Assembly (NCBI GenBank): GCA_038215615.1
Contig: JBBQQR010000001.1
Span: 1 to 64,000, forward strand
Source of the DNA: Vulcanimicrobiales bacterium
GTDB lineage: Bacteria; Vulcanimicrobiota; Vulcanimicrobiia; Vulcanimicrobiales; Vulcanimicrobiaceae
DNA length: 64,000 nucleotides
Reading direction: 5' to 3'
Both the position numbers and the translations under genes were made by a program. Below the pieces are notes generated by a model that searched no databases, was not told the origin of the DNA, and was given only the letters and a program-made list of their open reading frames with translations. This document shows positions 9,243-18,289 of this stretch, one piece after another (position 1 is the first letter of the stretch; every line of letters begins with the position of its first letter).

Positions 9243-10256
9243 TTAGTGAATCCGGCCGCGCTGCGGCTTTGGAGGACCGCGCCGTTGCGCGAATCCTGCG
9301 AGCGGACGCCACTCGGCCGGAAGACGCTGCTGCGAACGCAACGTTCCGTTATACAGAAAGATCGCTCCGTGCGAAGAGCTGGCGGTCACGATTGCGCGCC
9401 CGCTGCCAACCTGTGCGTCGGTCTGTCCGGAACGGACGCCGGCGCCGCCGACGATCGAGTAGATTCTTCCGACCGAGCTGTGCGCGCCGACCTGCGCGTC
9501 GCGGCTGATGCCGAGCGCTACGCTGCCGTACTCCGTTTCAAAACGCGCGAGCCCCGGCTGGAACGTGCCCCCGTCGTAGATGATCGTTCCGGCCTCGCTG
9601 GAGACTTGGATTTGGCTGGAATTGCAGTTTTCGAAGACGATGTTTCCGATCGCCGTGCGCGCGCGGATGCGATCGAACTGCGAATCGAAGACCATGAGCG
9701 GCCCGCGCGCAACTTGCGCGAACCCCGTGCCCGAAACGTTGCGCAGCCGCATCGGGCCGTTATGGAGCAGCAGCGTGAACGTACCGCGATAGTCTTGTAC
9801 ATCGATGCCGCCGCGCTGAACGCTTGCGAGCAACAGGGCCGTGCCGGCCGGCAACATGAGCGTGACGTCGGCGTCGAGTGCTTGCACGAAGATGCCTTGA
9901 TGAGGGCCGGCGGAAAGCGGCGGCAGCGCGAATTCTTCCTGGGGCAGCGTGATCTGCCCGGCGGGATTGAGTACCGAGGTTGCAAAAATCGGGATGCTTC
10001 CGGTGATCGCGCGCGCGACCGCTTCCGGTTTGAAATTGCGGGCGCTGACTGGCTGCAGCGAACTGACCTGCACGTCGCTTCTGTTCCACGTGCGAATCGT
10101 AAGCGTTCCGCTGCGCATCATGACGCGCACGACCGGCGCATCGCCCGCGGGCAAAACGACGGGGGTCTGAGCTTGCGCGGCTAACGGGCCGGCGCTCACA
10201 AGAGCGCACAGTAAAACGAGGAGCACGGCCCCTCGTCCCCGGAGACGAACCATCAC
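9243..10256 (-). CDS. Secreted DUF4097/adhesin-like beta-repeat protein
   Basis: Signal peptide; repeated S/T-xxG-x-I/V beta-strand units. Confidence 0.6.
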   Translation of the reverse strand: MMVRLRGRGAVLLVLLCALVSAGPLAAQAQTPVVLPAGDAPVVRVMMRSGTLTIRTWNRSDVQVSSLQPVSARNFKPEAVARAITGSIPIFATSVLNPAGQITLPQEEFALPPLSAGPHQGIFVQALDADVTLMLPAGTALLLASVQRGGIDVQDYRGTFTLLLHNGPMRLRNVSGTGFAQVARGPLMVFDSQFDRIRARTAIGNIVFENCNSSQIQVSSEAGTIIYDGGTFQPGLARFETEYGSVALGISRDAQVGAHSSVGRIYSIVGGAGVRSGQTDAQVGSGRAIVTASSSHGAIFLYNGTLRSQQRLPAEWRPLAGFAQRRGPPKPQRGRIH

Positions 10257-10297
10257 CCTACCATTGTACGAGCTGCGCCGCTTAAAACATGAGAATA

Positions 10298-11698
10298 CTA
10301 TGAGATGCCCGGGAAAGACACGCGAAAGAGCACGCCGCCCGGTCGCCCGACCGCTTCGACGCTCCCACCGTGTACTCGGGCGATCGAACGGACGATAGCC
10401 AGCCCCAAACCCGTGCCGGGAACGGCGCGGCTGCGAGATTTGTCCGTGCGGTAGAAACGGTCGAAAACGAGAGCGAGGTCGTGTGAATCGATCCCGGGGC
10501 CGGTGTCTTCAACTTCAATCAGCGCTTCATTTCCCTCCGCGCGGACGCGTACGTCGATGCGGCCCTTTTCGGTAAATTTGATCGCGTTGTCGATCAAGTT
10601 GCTGAATAGCTGCCGGATCAATGAGGCGTCGCCCATCACGATCGGCTGACTCTGCATATGAAACGATAACTCCAGACCTTTTTCTTGGGCGCGCGGCTGC
10701 GACGCCGCGACCGCTTCGGCCCCCAACGTACTCAAGGAGACGGGCTCCTTGGGAATCGCCTCACCCGAATCGGCGCGCGCCAGCGTGAGCATGCCGGCCA
10801 CCATGCCGGCGAGCGAAGCGCTTTCCTTGGCGATCGTTTCCAAACTCTCGCGCCGGACATTTTCGTCGCGGTCGCCCCAGCGGGCGAGCATTTGCGCGTT
10901 TGCGTTGATCGACGTCAGGGGTGTTTTGAGCTCGTGTGAAGCGTCAGAGATGAACTGCCGTTCGCGGGCGAACGATTCTTCCAAGCGCGCGAGCAGGTCG
11001 TCGAACGTTGCCGCGAGTTTTCCGACTTCATCGCTGCGGTTTTTCCAGCGCAGACGCCGGTTGAGGCGATCGGAGCCGATCTCGCGCATCGCCAGCGCGA
11101 GCTGGTTGATGGGATTGGTCGCCTGCGCCGCAAGCACCAGCGAAAGCGCGATGACGGCGACCACGGTCGCGGCGAGAATCCACGCGATCGCCTGACGCGT
11201 TTCGTTGAAGGCGCGGTTGAGTTGGTCGAGCGGCTCACCGACGCGCGCGACCAGCGTCGTCCGCCCGCTCGCCAAGAGTTCGTTCTGTATCAGGAACGGC
11301 GTCCCGTGCAGGTCGGTGTTCTGCGATGCGGCCGGCTTAGCTTGCGTGAGCTTTGGAAGCGCCGGAAACTGGCTCGTTCCAAGATTGAAGCTCTTGGCGA
11401 GCACATGTCCGGCTGCGTCGTCGATCTCGACGAATGTGCCGGCCGCCGCCCAGCGCTCGAGGTTGTCGGCATTTTCCAGGAGCAGCAGCGAGTCGCCGCT
11501 CGTATCTTGAATCGAGAATTGATCGGGCGGGGGCAGCGCGACGCGTTTGATGTCCTGCATCGTCAGCGCCAAATGCCCTTGTGCCTGGCCGTAGAGAATT
11601 TGCTCGAACCGCAATGAGACGATTAGCCCGAGGGCGAGGATAGCGGCGACCAGGAGCAGGGCGTACCAGGCGGCGATCCGCCACCTCAGCGAGCGCAC
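10298..11698 (-). CDS. HAMP-domain sensor histidine kinase
   Basis: Two TMs, HAMP, DASHELKTPLT H-box, NLIDNAIKF, DTGPGI, GTGLGL. Confidence 0.95.
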   Translation of the reverse strand: MRSLRWRIAAWYALLLVAAILALGLIVSLRFEQILYGQAQGHLALTMQDIKRVALPPPDQFSIQDTSGDSLLLLENADNLERWAAAGTFVEIDDAAGHVLAKSFNLGTSQFPALPKLTQAKPAASQNTDLHGTPFLIQNELLASGRTTLVARVGEPLDQLNRAFNETRQAIAWILAATVVAVIALSLVLAAQATNPINQLALAMREIGSDRLNRRLRWKNRSDEVGKLAATFDDLLARLEESFARERQFISDASHELKTPLTSINANAQMLARWGDRDENVRRESLETIAKESASLAGMVAGMLTLARADSGEAIPKEPVSLSTLGAEAVAASQPRAQEKGLELSFHMQSQPIVMGDASLIRQLFSNLIDNAIKFTEKGRIDVRVRAEGNEALIEVEDTGPGIDSHDLALVFDRFYRTDKSRSRAVPGTGLGLAIVRSIARVHGGSVEAVGRPGGVLFRVSFPGIS

Positions 11699-12369
11699 TA
11701 GTCTTTGATCGTGTAGCCGACTCCGCGCACCGTCGTGATGAGTTTATCGTCGAACCCGTCGTCGATCTTTCCGCGCAGATAGCGAATGTACACGTCGATC
11801 AGGTTCGAGTCCCCCAGAAAATCGCTTCCCCAAACGCCGTTGAAGAGTTCGTCGCGCGAGTGAACTTTGTTGCGGTGCAGCAAGAGGTACTCCAGGAGCG
11901 CGTACTCTTTGGCGGTTAGGTTCACCGGCTGACCGCCGCGCTGCACTTCGTGCCGGTCGCGATCCATCTGGAGGTTGCGGTAGGCGATCACGTTGCTGGC
12001 CGGCTGTTTATCGCGCAGACGGGCGCGCACGCGCGCTAGCAGCTCCTCAGTTGAAAACGGCTTGATCATGTAATCGTCCGCGCCCATGTCCAGACCGGCA
12101 ACACGCTCGGGGACGCGATCTTTAGCCGTCAGCATAATAATGGGCACGCGGCTCTTGGCGCGCACGCGCCGGCAGACTTCGAGTCCGTCCATCTTGGGGA
12201 GCATCAGATCGAGCACGACCAGATCGGGTTCTTTCAGCGCGCGTTCCAAACCGGAAAGGCCGTCTTGCGCGCTCTCGACTTCGTAGCCCTCGTGTTCGAG
12301 CTCGAGCTGCAGCACGCGACTGATTGCCGTGTCGTCCTCGATCACCAAAACGCGAAAACGTTTGTTAAC
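11698..12369 (-). CDS. OmpR/PhoB-family response regulator (start uncertain: GTT 12369 or TTG 12348)
   Basis: FRVLVIEDD, LDLMLPKMDG, LTAKD, GADDYMIKPF, wHTH ending TVRGVGY. Confidence 0.93.
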   Translation of the reverse strand, partial: VNKRFRVLVIEDDTAISRVLQLELEHEGYEVESAQDGLSGLERALKEPDLVVLDLMLPKMDGLEVCRRVRAKSRVPIIMLTAKDRVPERVAGLDMGADDYMIKPFSTEELLARVRARLRDKQPASNVIAYRNLQMDRDRHEVQRGGQPVNLTAKEYALLEYLLLHRNKVHSRDELFNGVWGSDFLGDSNLIDVYIRYLRGKIDDGFDDKLITTVRGVGYTIKD

Positions 12370-12733
12370 TGCGCACCGCCGACTTCGATCGCACCACCGC
12401 CGGACTCAGATGCGAGAGCCAAACCGATGCTGCACCACCGACCGCAATCCACAGGACGGTCGAAGGCTGCGACACGACGTAGAGTATCGCGGCGCCGATC
12501 GTGTCCAGCGCCGAGATGACCGGCGCGGAGCCCTCGCGCAGAACGAGCACCACCAGCCAGGCGATCGCGGCCAGGCAGCCACCGATCAGCCAAGCTTCCC
12601 AGGCTTTGACTGCGGGCAGCGCATGACGACGATAGATCGTCTGCGCGAGAATCCCCGCGCGCATGTCCGCCGGAGTCTCCTCCAGGGGAAGATTGAAGAG
12701 GGCCCGTTCCAGATCGCTGTCGCTATAGTTCAT
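12365..12733 (-). CDS. Putative membrane anti-sigma factor
   Basis: Coupled (ATGA) to ECF sigma gene; short cytoplasmic N-terminus followed by two TM segments. Confidence 0.65.
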   Translation of the reverse strand: MNYSDSDLERALFNLPLEETPADMRAGILAQTIYRRHALPAVKAWEAWLIGGCLAAIAWLVVLVLREGSAPVISALDTIGAAILYVVSQPSTVLWIAVGGAASVWLSHLSPAVVRSKSAVRS

Positions 12734-13320
12734 TGTTGAGCTCCCATTGCGGTTTCGTTCAGCATTCGCCGCAACTGTTCTTTTGCGCGGAACAAGTGGG
12801 TCTTCACCGTTCCGATCGGTATTTCTAGGACTTGCGCGATTTCGTCGTACTGCCTGCTCTGCAGGTGGTAAAGCGTTATCACGCTCCTGTATTTTTCGGG
12901 CAGCCGCGCGATCGCCGCGCGCAGCCGGAGGGCCTCGTCGCCCGCGATAGCCACCTGCTCGGGCCCGGCTCCTGGGTCGGCCCGGTCGGGAAGCTCCTCG
13001 CCGGAGTAACGTTTGCGGCGGCCCAACCGGTCGCAGCAGGCGTGGTAGGTAATCGAAAATATCCAGGTTGAGAACTTCGCGCCGGGGCGGAAGGTCCTAA
13101 GGCTGCGGAAGGCTTTGAAAAAGGCCTCTTGGGCGACGTCGCGCGCCTCCTCGGAGTCGTGCAGCGTGCGGTAAGCCAAATGGTAGACGGCGCGGTCGTA
13201 CCGCTCCACCAGCGTGCCGAAGGCTTCGCCCCGGCCGGCCAGGGTTTCGGCTACGAGAGTTTGGTCGTCGACCGTGGTCGCCGTGTCGATGAAAGGGGCC
13301 TCCAGGACGGCTGCAGCCAC
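12730..13320 (-). CDS. ECF (sigma-70 group 4) sigma factor, SigW/RpoE-like
   Basis: EEARDVAQEAF, FSTWIFSI, LPEKYR, YDEIAQVLEIPIGTVKTHLFRAK. Confidence 0.95.
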   Translation of the reverse strand: MAAAVLEAPFIDTATTVDDQTLVAETLAGRGEAFGTLVERYDRAVYHLAYRTLHDSEEARDVAQEAFFKAFRSLRTFRPGAKFSTWIFSITYHACCDRLGRRKRYSGEELPDRADPGAGPEQVAIAGDEALRLRAAIARLPEKYRSVITLYHLQSRQYDEIAQVLEIPIGTVKTHLFRAKEQLRRMLNETAMGAQQ

Positions 13321-13328
13321 GCTCGTCT

Positions 13329-13355
13329 TACGCGCGCGCGCGAAGCATTGTTTCG
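13329..13355 (-). promoter_or_regulatory. SigW-type ECF promoter for the sigma operon (CGAAAC-N17-CGTA)
   Basis: Minus strand reads CGAAAC aatgcttcgcgcgcgcg CGTA agacgagc GTG. Confidence 0.65.
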
Positions 13356-13362
13356 GCTGCCC

Positions 13363-13389
13363 TGAAACACTCCCCCGGGCCCCTGCGTA
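13363..13389 (+). promoter_or_regulatory. SigW-type ECF promoter for the DUF4097-DUF6249 operon (TGAAAC-N17-CGTA)
   Basis: TGAAAC 13363-13368, CGTA 13386-13389, ATG at 13401. Confidence 0.7.
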
Positions 13390-13400
13390 CTTGGGTCAGA

Positions 13401-14255
13401 ATGCGCTACTCAAGAACCGGCATCATCGCCGTCCTCATCGCCGCCGAACTCTTCATCGCGAGCATCATCGTCGTTTCGGCCGGCGGACTTAAAACTTTCT
13501 CGCGCGCCTCGAGCGGTCACAATATCGCCTTCGAGCCTTATTCTCTTCCCGCGATCGACGCCGGATCTCAACCGCGCGTCGTGATCGACGATCCCGATTC
13601 ACGCGTAACGATCACACCATCGGACGACGGCAAGATTCACGTTTCCGATTCGACGCGTATCGCCGGCTGGGGCTGGGGATCTCGGCCGCAGCGCGTCCAG
13701 GTGCACCAAACTTCCGACGGTGTGTTCATCGAGCGGCCCTCCACACCTGGACGCATCGTCATATTCGGTTTCGAATCCAGCGGCACGGACGTCGCACTTC
13801 CCCCCAACGCAACGGTAGAGATCCGGAATTCTTCGGGCGCAATGCTGAGCGATCTGACCGGAACGGTTACCGCACATTCAAGCGATGGTCGCATCTCCGT
13901 CACGAACGTGCACAGCGGCAACGTTTCGCTGCACACCTCGGACGGGCGCATTGTGCTCACCAACGTCAATGCAGACAGGCTCGACGCTACTACGCAGGAC
14001 GGATCGATACGCGTTTCCGATCTGCGTGTGCGCAACGGGTCGCTGCACACGTCGGACGGTTCGATTACGGTGGCACTAGCCGACGCCGGCGACGTGACGG
14101 TGCGCGCTCACACGGTGGATGGAAGCATTCGCATCAACGGCCTGCGTCAAGGCGACCCGGTGCCGGTCGATTACAAACTTGGAAACGGCGCGGGTTCGCT
14201 GGACGTCGCTACGCAAGACGGCAGCATTCGCGTCACCACGAACGGAGCGAACTAA
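13401..14255 (+). CDS. DUF4097 family beta-strand repeat protein
   Basis: N-terminal TM; repeated hT/S-S/Q-DG-R/S-I units. Confidence 0.8.
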   Translation: MRYSRTGIIAVLIAAELFIASIIVVSAGGLKTFSRASSGHNIAFEPYSLPAIDAGSQPRVVIDDPDSRVTITPSDDGKIHVSDSTRIAGWGWGSRPQRVQVHQTSDGVFIERPSTPGRIVIFGFESSGTDVALPPNATVEIRNSSGAMLSDLTGTVTAHSSDGRISVTNVHSGNVSLHTSDGRIVLTNVNADRLDATTQDGSIRVSDLRVRNGSLHTSDGSITVALADAGDVTVRAHTVDGSIRINGLRQGDPVPVDYKLGNGAGSLDVATQDGSIRVTTNGAN

Positions 14256-14837
14256 ATGTCCCACACCTCAGATAATTTCGTCGCGATAATCGCGATCATG
14301 GTTATCTTCGGCATGCCCCTTGCGTATGCGATTTCCCACCGGTGGTGGTCGCATCAAGAGCGTCTGGAGATGATCAAGCGCGGAATGACGCCGCCGCCGC
14401 CGCCCGATCCGCGCGCCGCGCAGCGCGCCGCCCGCGCCGGTTACGATCCGTTTGTCTACTCTCGCATGGGCGCGCCGTCGTACGGCCCGGCGGATCAGTC
14501 ACCCCAATATGCCGACCGCGTGCTGCGCAAAGGCGTGACGGTTGCGATGGTGGGACTGGCGTTGCTGATCGGACTATCGTTTATCGACACGGGACGTCCC
14601 GGTCCGTGGCTGCTGGGCGGATTGATTCCGCTCTTCGTAGGACTGGCGCAGATCATTCTGGCGCTGATGTCGGGCGCGCACTTGGGAATCTTTACCTTCC
14701 AAGGTCCGCCGGTGCAGCCGCACACCATGGCGCCTCCGCCTCCACCGCCGCCCTATCAAGAAGGGCCGTATGGCTGGCGCCCGGGCTCGACGACCGAGTT
14801 GGAACCGCCCGTCGGACCACCCGACGTCAGGCCCTAA
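14256..14837 (+). CDS. DUF6249-like proline-rich membrane protein
   Basis: TM, HQERLEMIKRG, LRKGV..VG.ALL and GLIPLFVGLA motifs; poly-Pro tracts. Confidence 0.65.
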   Translation: MSHTSDNFVAIIAIMVIFGMPLAYAISHRWWSHQERLEMIKRGMTPPPPPDPRAAQRAARAGYDPFVYSRMGAPSYGPADQSPQYADRVLRKGVTVAMVGLALLIGLSFIDTGRPGPWLLGGLIPLFVGLAQIILALMSGAHLGIFTFQGPPVQPHTMAPPPPPPPYQEGPYGWRPGSTTELEPPVGPPDVRP

Positions 14838-14843
14838 AAGAAA

Positions 14844-14873
14844 GAAGAACCGCCGGCAAGCCGGCGGTTCTTC
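14844..14873. terminator. Intrinsic terminator hairpin between convergent genes
   Basis: GAAGAACCGCCGGC-AA-GCCGGCGGTTCTTC perfect stem; A-rich left flank gives a U-tail on the minus strand. Confidence 0.8.
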
Positions 14874-14894
14874 GTTAGTAAGCAAGCCCGAGCT

Positions 14895-15035
14895 CTACTT
14901 ACAGGAGACCAGGGCGATAGCCCATCCAGCCGCAGTTCTCGTCCGGACGAGGTAACCGTCAGACGTCCGGTCGTAAACCTGGTAGCCCGCTCTTAGCGCG
15001 TCGGCTAGAGATTTGAAGACCATGAGACCTGCCAT
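14895..15035 (-). CDS. Small 46-aa protein (MAGLMVFKSLADALRAGYQVYDRTSDGYLVRTRTAAGWAIALVSCK), below ORF-track cutoff
   Basis: Strong AAGGAGG SD, candidate upstream promoter and downstream terminator. Confidence 0.75.
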   Translation of the reverse strand: MAGLMVFKSLADALRAGYQVYDRTSDGYLVRTRTAAGWAIALVSCK

Positions 15036-15074
15036 TTCCTGGACCCTCCTTTCTTTTTTCGTTCTATACCCTAT

Positions 15075-15100
15075 AACGGCTTTTGTCGCAAGTAGGTTCA
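15075..15100 (-). promoter_or_regulatory. ECF-type promoter (TGAAC-N17-CGTT) upstream of the 46-aa gene
   Basis: Same AAC-N17-CGT geometry as the two promoters at 13329-13389. Confidence 0.45.
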
Positions 15101-15173
15101 GTCAAACGTCGCAGCTTTTCATAAATATTTTGTAACGGGAGTATGTCCGGATGCTTGCGAGAATGAGAATTGC

Positions 15174-15980
15174 GTGCTCCAGAGGCCGTCGGTTCGTGAC
15201 GTTGTGGTGCTCGATCGCACCGAACTCGCTCGCGGCGTCATTCTCTTAGGTTTTTACGCTCCGGAGCTCGTGGACGTGACGCGTCCGGGCCAATTCGTCA
15301 TGGCGATACCGCCGGGCGGCGAACGCGCCGCAACCGCGCTTGCCATCTATGAAGCTCAAGGTGAGCGCGCGAGCCTGCTCTTTTTTGTCTGCGGCGCGCG
15401 CACCCGGGAATTAGCTGAATTAAGGCCGGGCGATAAGCTTTCGCTGACCGGACCGCTCGGAAACGGCTTCGAGCTCGGAGAAGCGCGAAACGTGGCGATC
15501 GTTGCGGGCGGCGTCGGCATCGCATCCGTACTCCTTCCCGCGCAGCAGCTGGCGCAGCGGGGATCGCGCGTCCGTCTTTTTTACGGTGCCCGCAGCTCCG
15601 AGTTCTTGGTCGACCGCGACCGTTTTGCTAACGCCGGCTGCGAGTTGTGCTGCGCGACCGACGACGGTTCGCTCGGACACCATGGACTTATTACCGAACT
15701 CCTCGCTCAGGCGCAAGACAAACCCGATCTGATCTTGGCTTGCGGACCTTCGCCGATGTTACGCGCCACCGCGTTCGTCGCCACCGAGTTCGGCGTTCCG
15801 GCACAGCTCGCGCTGGAAGAAACGTTCGCGTGCGGCGTCGGCGGATGTTGGGGCTGCGTCGTGCCGCTCGATCGCAAGAGCGCGCAAGCTCCGAAGTTCC
15901 CCGAAGGCGATGGCGATTTCGTGAACGCGCGCGTTTGCAAAGAAGGTCCGGTCTTTTGGGCGCACGAGCTGCGATGGTAG
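15174..15980 (+). CDS. pyrK: Dihydroorotate dehydrogenase electron transfer subunit
   Basis: GPLGNGF, AGGVG, ACGP, CGVGGCWGC...C [2Fe-2S] ligands; precedes pyrD. Confidence 0.9.
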   Translation: MLQRPSVRDVVVLDRTELARGVILLGFYAPELVDVTRPGQFVMAIPPGGERAATALAIYEAQGERASLLFFVCGARTRELAELRPGDKLSLTGPLGNGFELGEARNVAIVAGGVGIASVLLPAQQLAQRGSRVRLFYGARSSEFLVDRDRFANAGCELCCATDDGSLGHHGLITELLAQAQDKPDLILACGPSPMLRATAFVATEFGVPAQLALEETFACGVGGCWGCVVPLDRKSAQAPKFPEGDGDFVNARVCKEGPVFWAHELRW

Positions 15981-16029
15981 CAGCCAGCGGTTTCGGAACG
16001 GTGCATACTCGGGCTCGCGGAGCAAGACG

Positions 16030-16989
16030 GTGAATCACGGCGTCGATCTGTCCGTAAGGATCGGAAGACTCGAGCTGCCCTATCCGACGCTAATGGCCAG
16101 CGGCTGTTACGGATCGGGAGAAGAGTTCGAAGCGTTTGCCGATCTTTCGAAGATCGGAGCGGTCGTGCTCAAGAGCGTGACGCGCGAACCGCGTTTGGGC
16201 AACCCGATGCCGCGACTCGTCCCAACGCCGGCCGGAATGCTCAACGCAATCGGGCTGCAGAACCCGGGTATCGACTGGTATCTCGAGCACGAGGTTGCAA
16301 AGTTCGCGAAGCGTCCGTGCGCCGTCATCGGCAGCGTTGCCGCTTTTTCGGTCGAGGATTACGCCTACGTGACGCAGCGGCTTGCCGCGCGTGACGAGAT
16401 CGCGGCGATCGAGCTGAACATTTCGTGCCCGAACGTCGGCTCGGAAGGAGAGACGTTCGCCTGCGATCCCGCTCTGACGGGGAAGGTCGTGCGTGCGGTG
16501 CGGGCGGTCACGGACAAGACGCTGATCGTCAAACTTTCGCCCAACGTGACCGACATCGCGGCGATCGCGGCCGAGGCCGAAAGCGCAGGCGCCGACGCCT
16601 TGGCGGTCATCAACACGCTGCGTGGAATGTCCATCGACGTGAATGCCTGGAAACCGCGCCTCGGCAACCTGACCGGCGGCCTTTCCGGACCGGCGATCCG
16701 GCCGGTCGCGGTGCTTGCCGTCTATGAAGCTGCGCGCGCCGTTTCCATTCCGATTGTCGGGCAGGGCGGAATCGAAACCTCAAGCGATGCGCTGGAGTTT
16801 TTTCTGGCCGGCGCGAGTGCCATCGCGATCGGCACTGCGAATTTCACCGACCCGCGGATTCCCGAAAAGATCGTGAACGAGTTGGGCGCTTATCTGGAAG
16901 CCCGCGAATTGCGATCGCTGCGCGAGATCGTCGGAAAAGCCAACGTCGGGTTCGGTACGCCGTTTCAGTATGAAGGCGACGTCGGCTAG
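16030..16989 (+). CDS. pyrD: Dihydroorotate dehydrogenase, family 1B
   Basis: MLNAIGLQNPG, ELNISCPN, KLSPNVTDI, GGLSGPAIRP. Confidence 0.95.
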   Translation: MNHGVDLSVRIGRLELPYPTLMASGCYGSGEEFEAFADLSKIGAVVLKSVTREPRLGNPMPRLVPTPAGMLNAIGLQNPGIDWYLEHEVAKFAKRPCAVIGSVAAFSVEDYAYVTQRLAARDEIAAIELNISCPNVGSEGETFACDPALTGKVVRAVRAVTDKTLIVKLSPNVTDIAAIAAEAESAGADALAVINTLRGMSIDVNAWKPRLGNLTGGLSGPAIRPVAVLAVYEAARAVSIPIVGQGGIETSSDALEFFLAGASAIAIGTANFTDPRIPEKIVNELGAYLEARELRSLREIVGKANVGFGTPFQYEGDVG

Positions 16990-17690
16990 TGGCGCAACTC
17001 GTCGTGGCCCTCGACGTTCCGGCCGCCGCCGATGCGGAGCGTCTCATCGACGAGCTCTACGAACTCGACGTCCTCTTTAAAGTCGGTCTCGAATCTCTGT
17101 ATGGATACGGCGACCGCATATTCGCGCATATGGAAGCGCGCGACGTGCGCCATTTTATCGACGCGAAACTGCACGACATCCCGCGTACGGCCGCGGCCGC
17201 CGCGCGCCAGCTGGTTCGGCAAGGCACGCACATCATCAACGTGCACGCGATCGGCGGAAACGACATGATGCGCGCGGTCGTCGACGGCGTTGCAGAACGC
17301 GCGGCCGAGCTCGGTATGACGCCGCCGCACGTTTTCGCGGTGACGATGCTCACAAGCATCGGCGCCGAAGATCTCAATGAACTCGGGTTTCGCGGCGGTT
17401 TGGGAGAGACTTCAATGCGTCTGGCCGCGCTCTCTCGAGACGCGGGCTGCAGCGGCGTCATCTGCAGTGCGCACGAGGTGCGCGATCTCAAACGTTACTT
17501 CGGCGAAGACTTTTTGACGCTGACGCCCGGCATCCGTCCCACTGGCGCGGCGCATGCGGATCAAAAACGCGTGACGACTCCGCGCGAAGCGGTGGAAGCG
17601 GGCTCGGATTACCTGGTGGTCGGACGCCCGATTACCGAAGCGGCGAACGCGCTGGAAGCGGCCAAATCCATTCTTGCCGAGATGCGTTGA
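16989..17690 (+). CDS. pyrF: Orotidine-5'-phosphate decarboxylase
   Basis: VALD, DAKLHDIPRT, TPGIRP, DQKR, VVGRPI. Confidence 0.95.
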   Translation: MAQLVVALDVPAAADAERLIDELYELDVLFKVGLESLYGYGDRIFAHMEARDVRHFIDAKLHDIPRTAAAAARQLVRQGTHIINVHAIGGNDMMRAVVDGVAERAAELGMTPPHVFAVTMLTSIGAEDLNELGFRGGLGETSMRLAALSRDAGCSGVICSAHEVRDLKRYFGEDFLTLTPGIRPTGAAHADQKRVTTPREAVEAGSDYLVVGRPITEAANALEAAKSILAEMR

Positions 17691-18250
17691 GTCTCGATCT
17701 CGAACGGGAACTGCTCTCTCGCGGCGCGCTGCTAAGCGGACACTTCCGGCTGAGCTCGGGTCGCCACAGCGATCGCTTCATTCAAAAGTTTCGCATTCTG
17801 GAAGATCCGCAACTGGTCGAACCGGTGGCGTCCGCAATCGCCGCCGCGTTTGCGAACGCGCGCCCGACCATCGTGCTGAGCGCGGCCGTCGGCGGAATCG
17901 TGCTGGGTTACGAAATCGCCCGTGCGCTGAACGTCAAGGGAATTTTTGCCGAGAAAGAAGCGGGCGTGCCGCTCTTGCGCCGGGGATTTCAGCTGAGCGC
18001 GGACGATCGCGTGCTCGTGGTCGAAGACGTGATTACGACGGGTGGTTCGGTCCGGGAAGTGATGGGCATCGCGCGGGCTGCCGGATCGACCGTGGTCGGA
18101 GTCGGTGCGATCGTACGCCGCGGCGAGGCGGATTTCGGTGTGCCTACCGTAGCGCTGCTGGAGATGCCCATCGTCTCGTACGGCGAAGGCGAGTGTCCGC
18201 AATGCGGGCGCGGAGTGCCGCTCGACGATCCCGGATCTCGCCGCCGCTAA
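17687..18250 (+). CDS. pyrE: Orotate phosphoribosyltransferase
   Basis: GHFRLSSGRHS, VLVVEDVITTGGS PRPP motif. Confidence 0.95.
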   Translation: MSLDLERELLSRGALLSGHFRLSSGRHSDRFIQKFRILEDPQLVEPVASAIAAAFANARPTIVLSAAVGGIVLGYEIARALNVKGIFAEKEAGVPLLRRGFQLSADDRVLVVEDVITTGGSVREVMGIARAAGSTVVGVGAIVRRGEADFGVPTVALLEMPIVSYGEGECPQCGRGVPLDDPGSRRR

Positions 18251-18289
18251 GCATGGAACGCCCGCCGCGCGGGCGTAGTAGGTAAGGGA

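Noticed and set aside
13331..13342. (CG)6 run as a microsatellite or Z-DNA element
   Set aside because: Short, expected at this GC content, and serves as the spacer of the ECF promoter
14388..14755. CCG/CCT repeats
   Set aside because: They encode poly-proline tracts of the DUF6249-like protein, not a DNA repeat element
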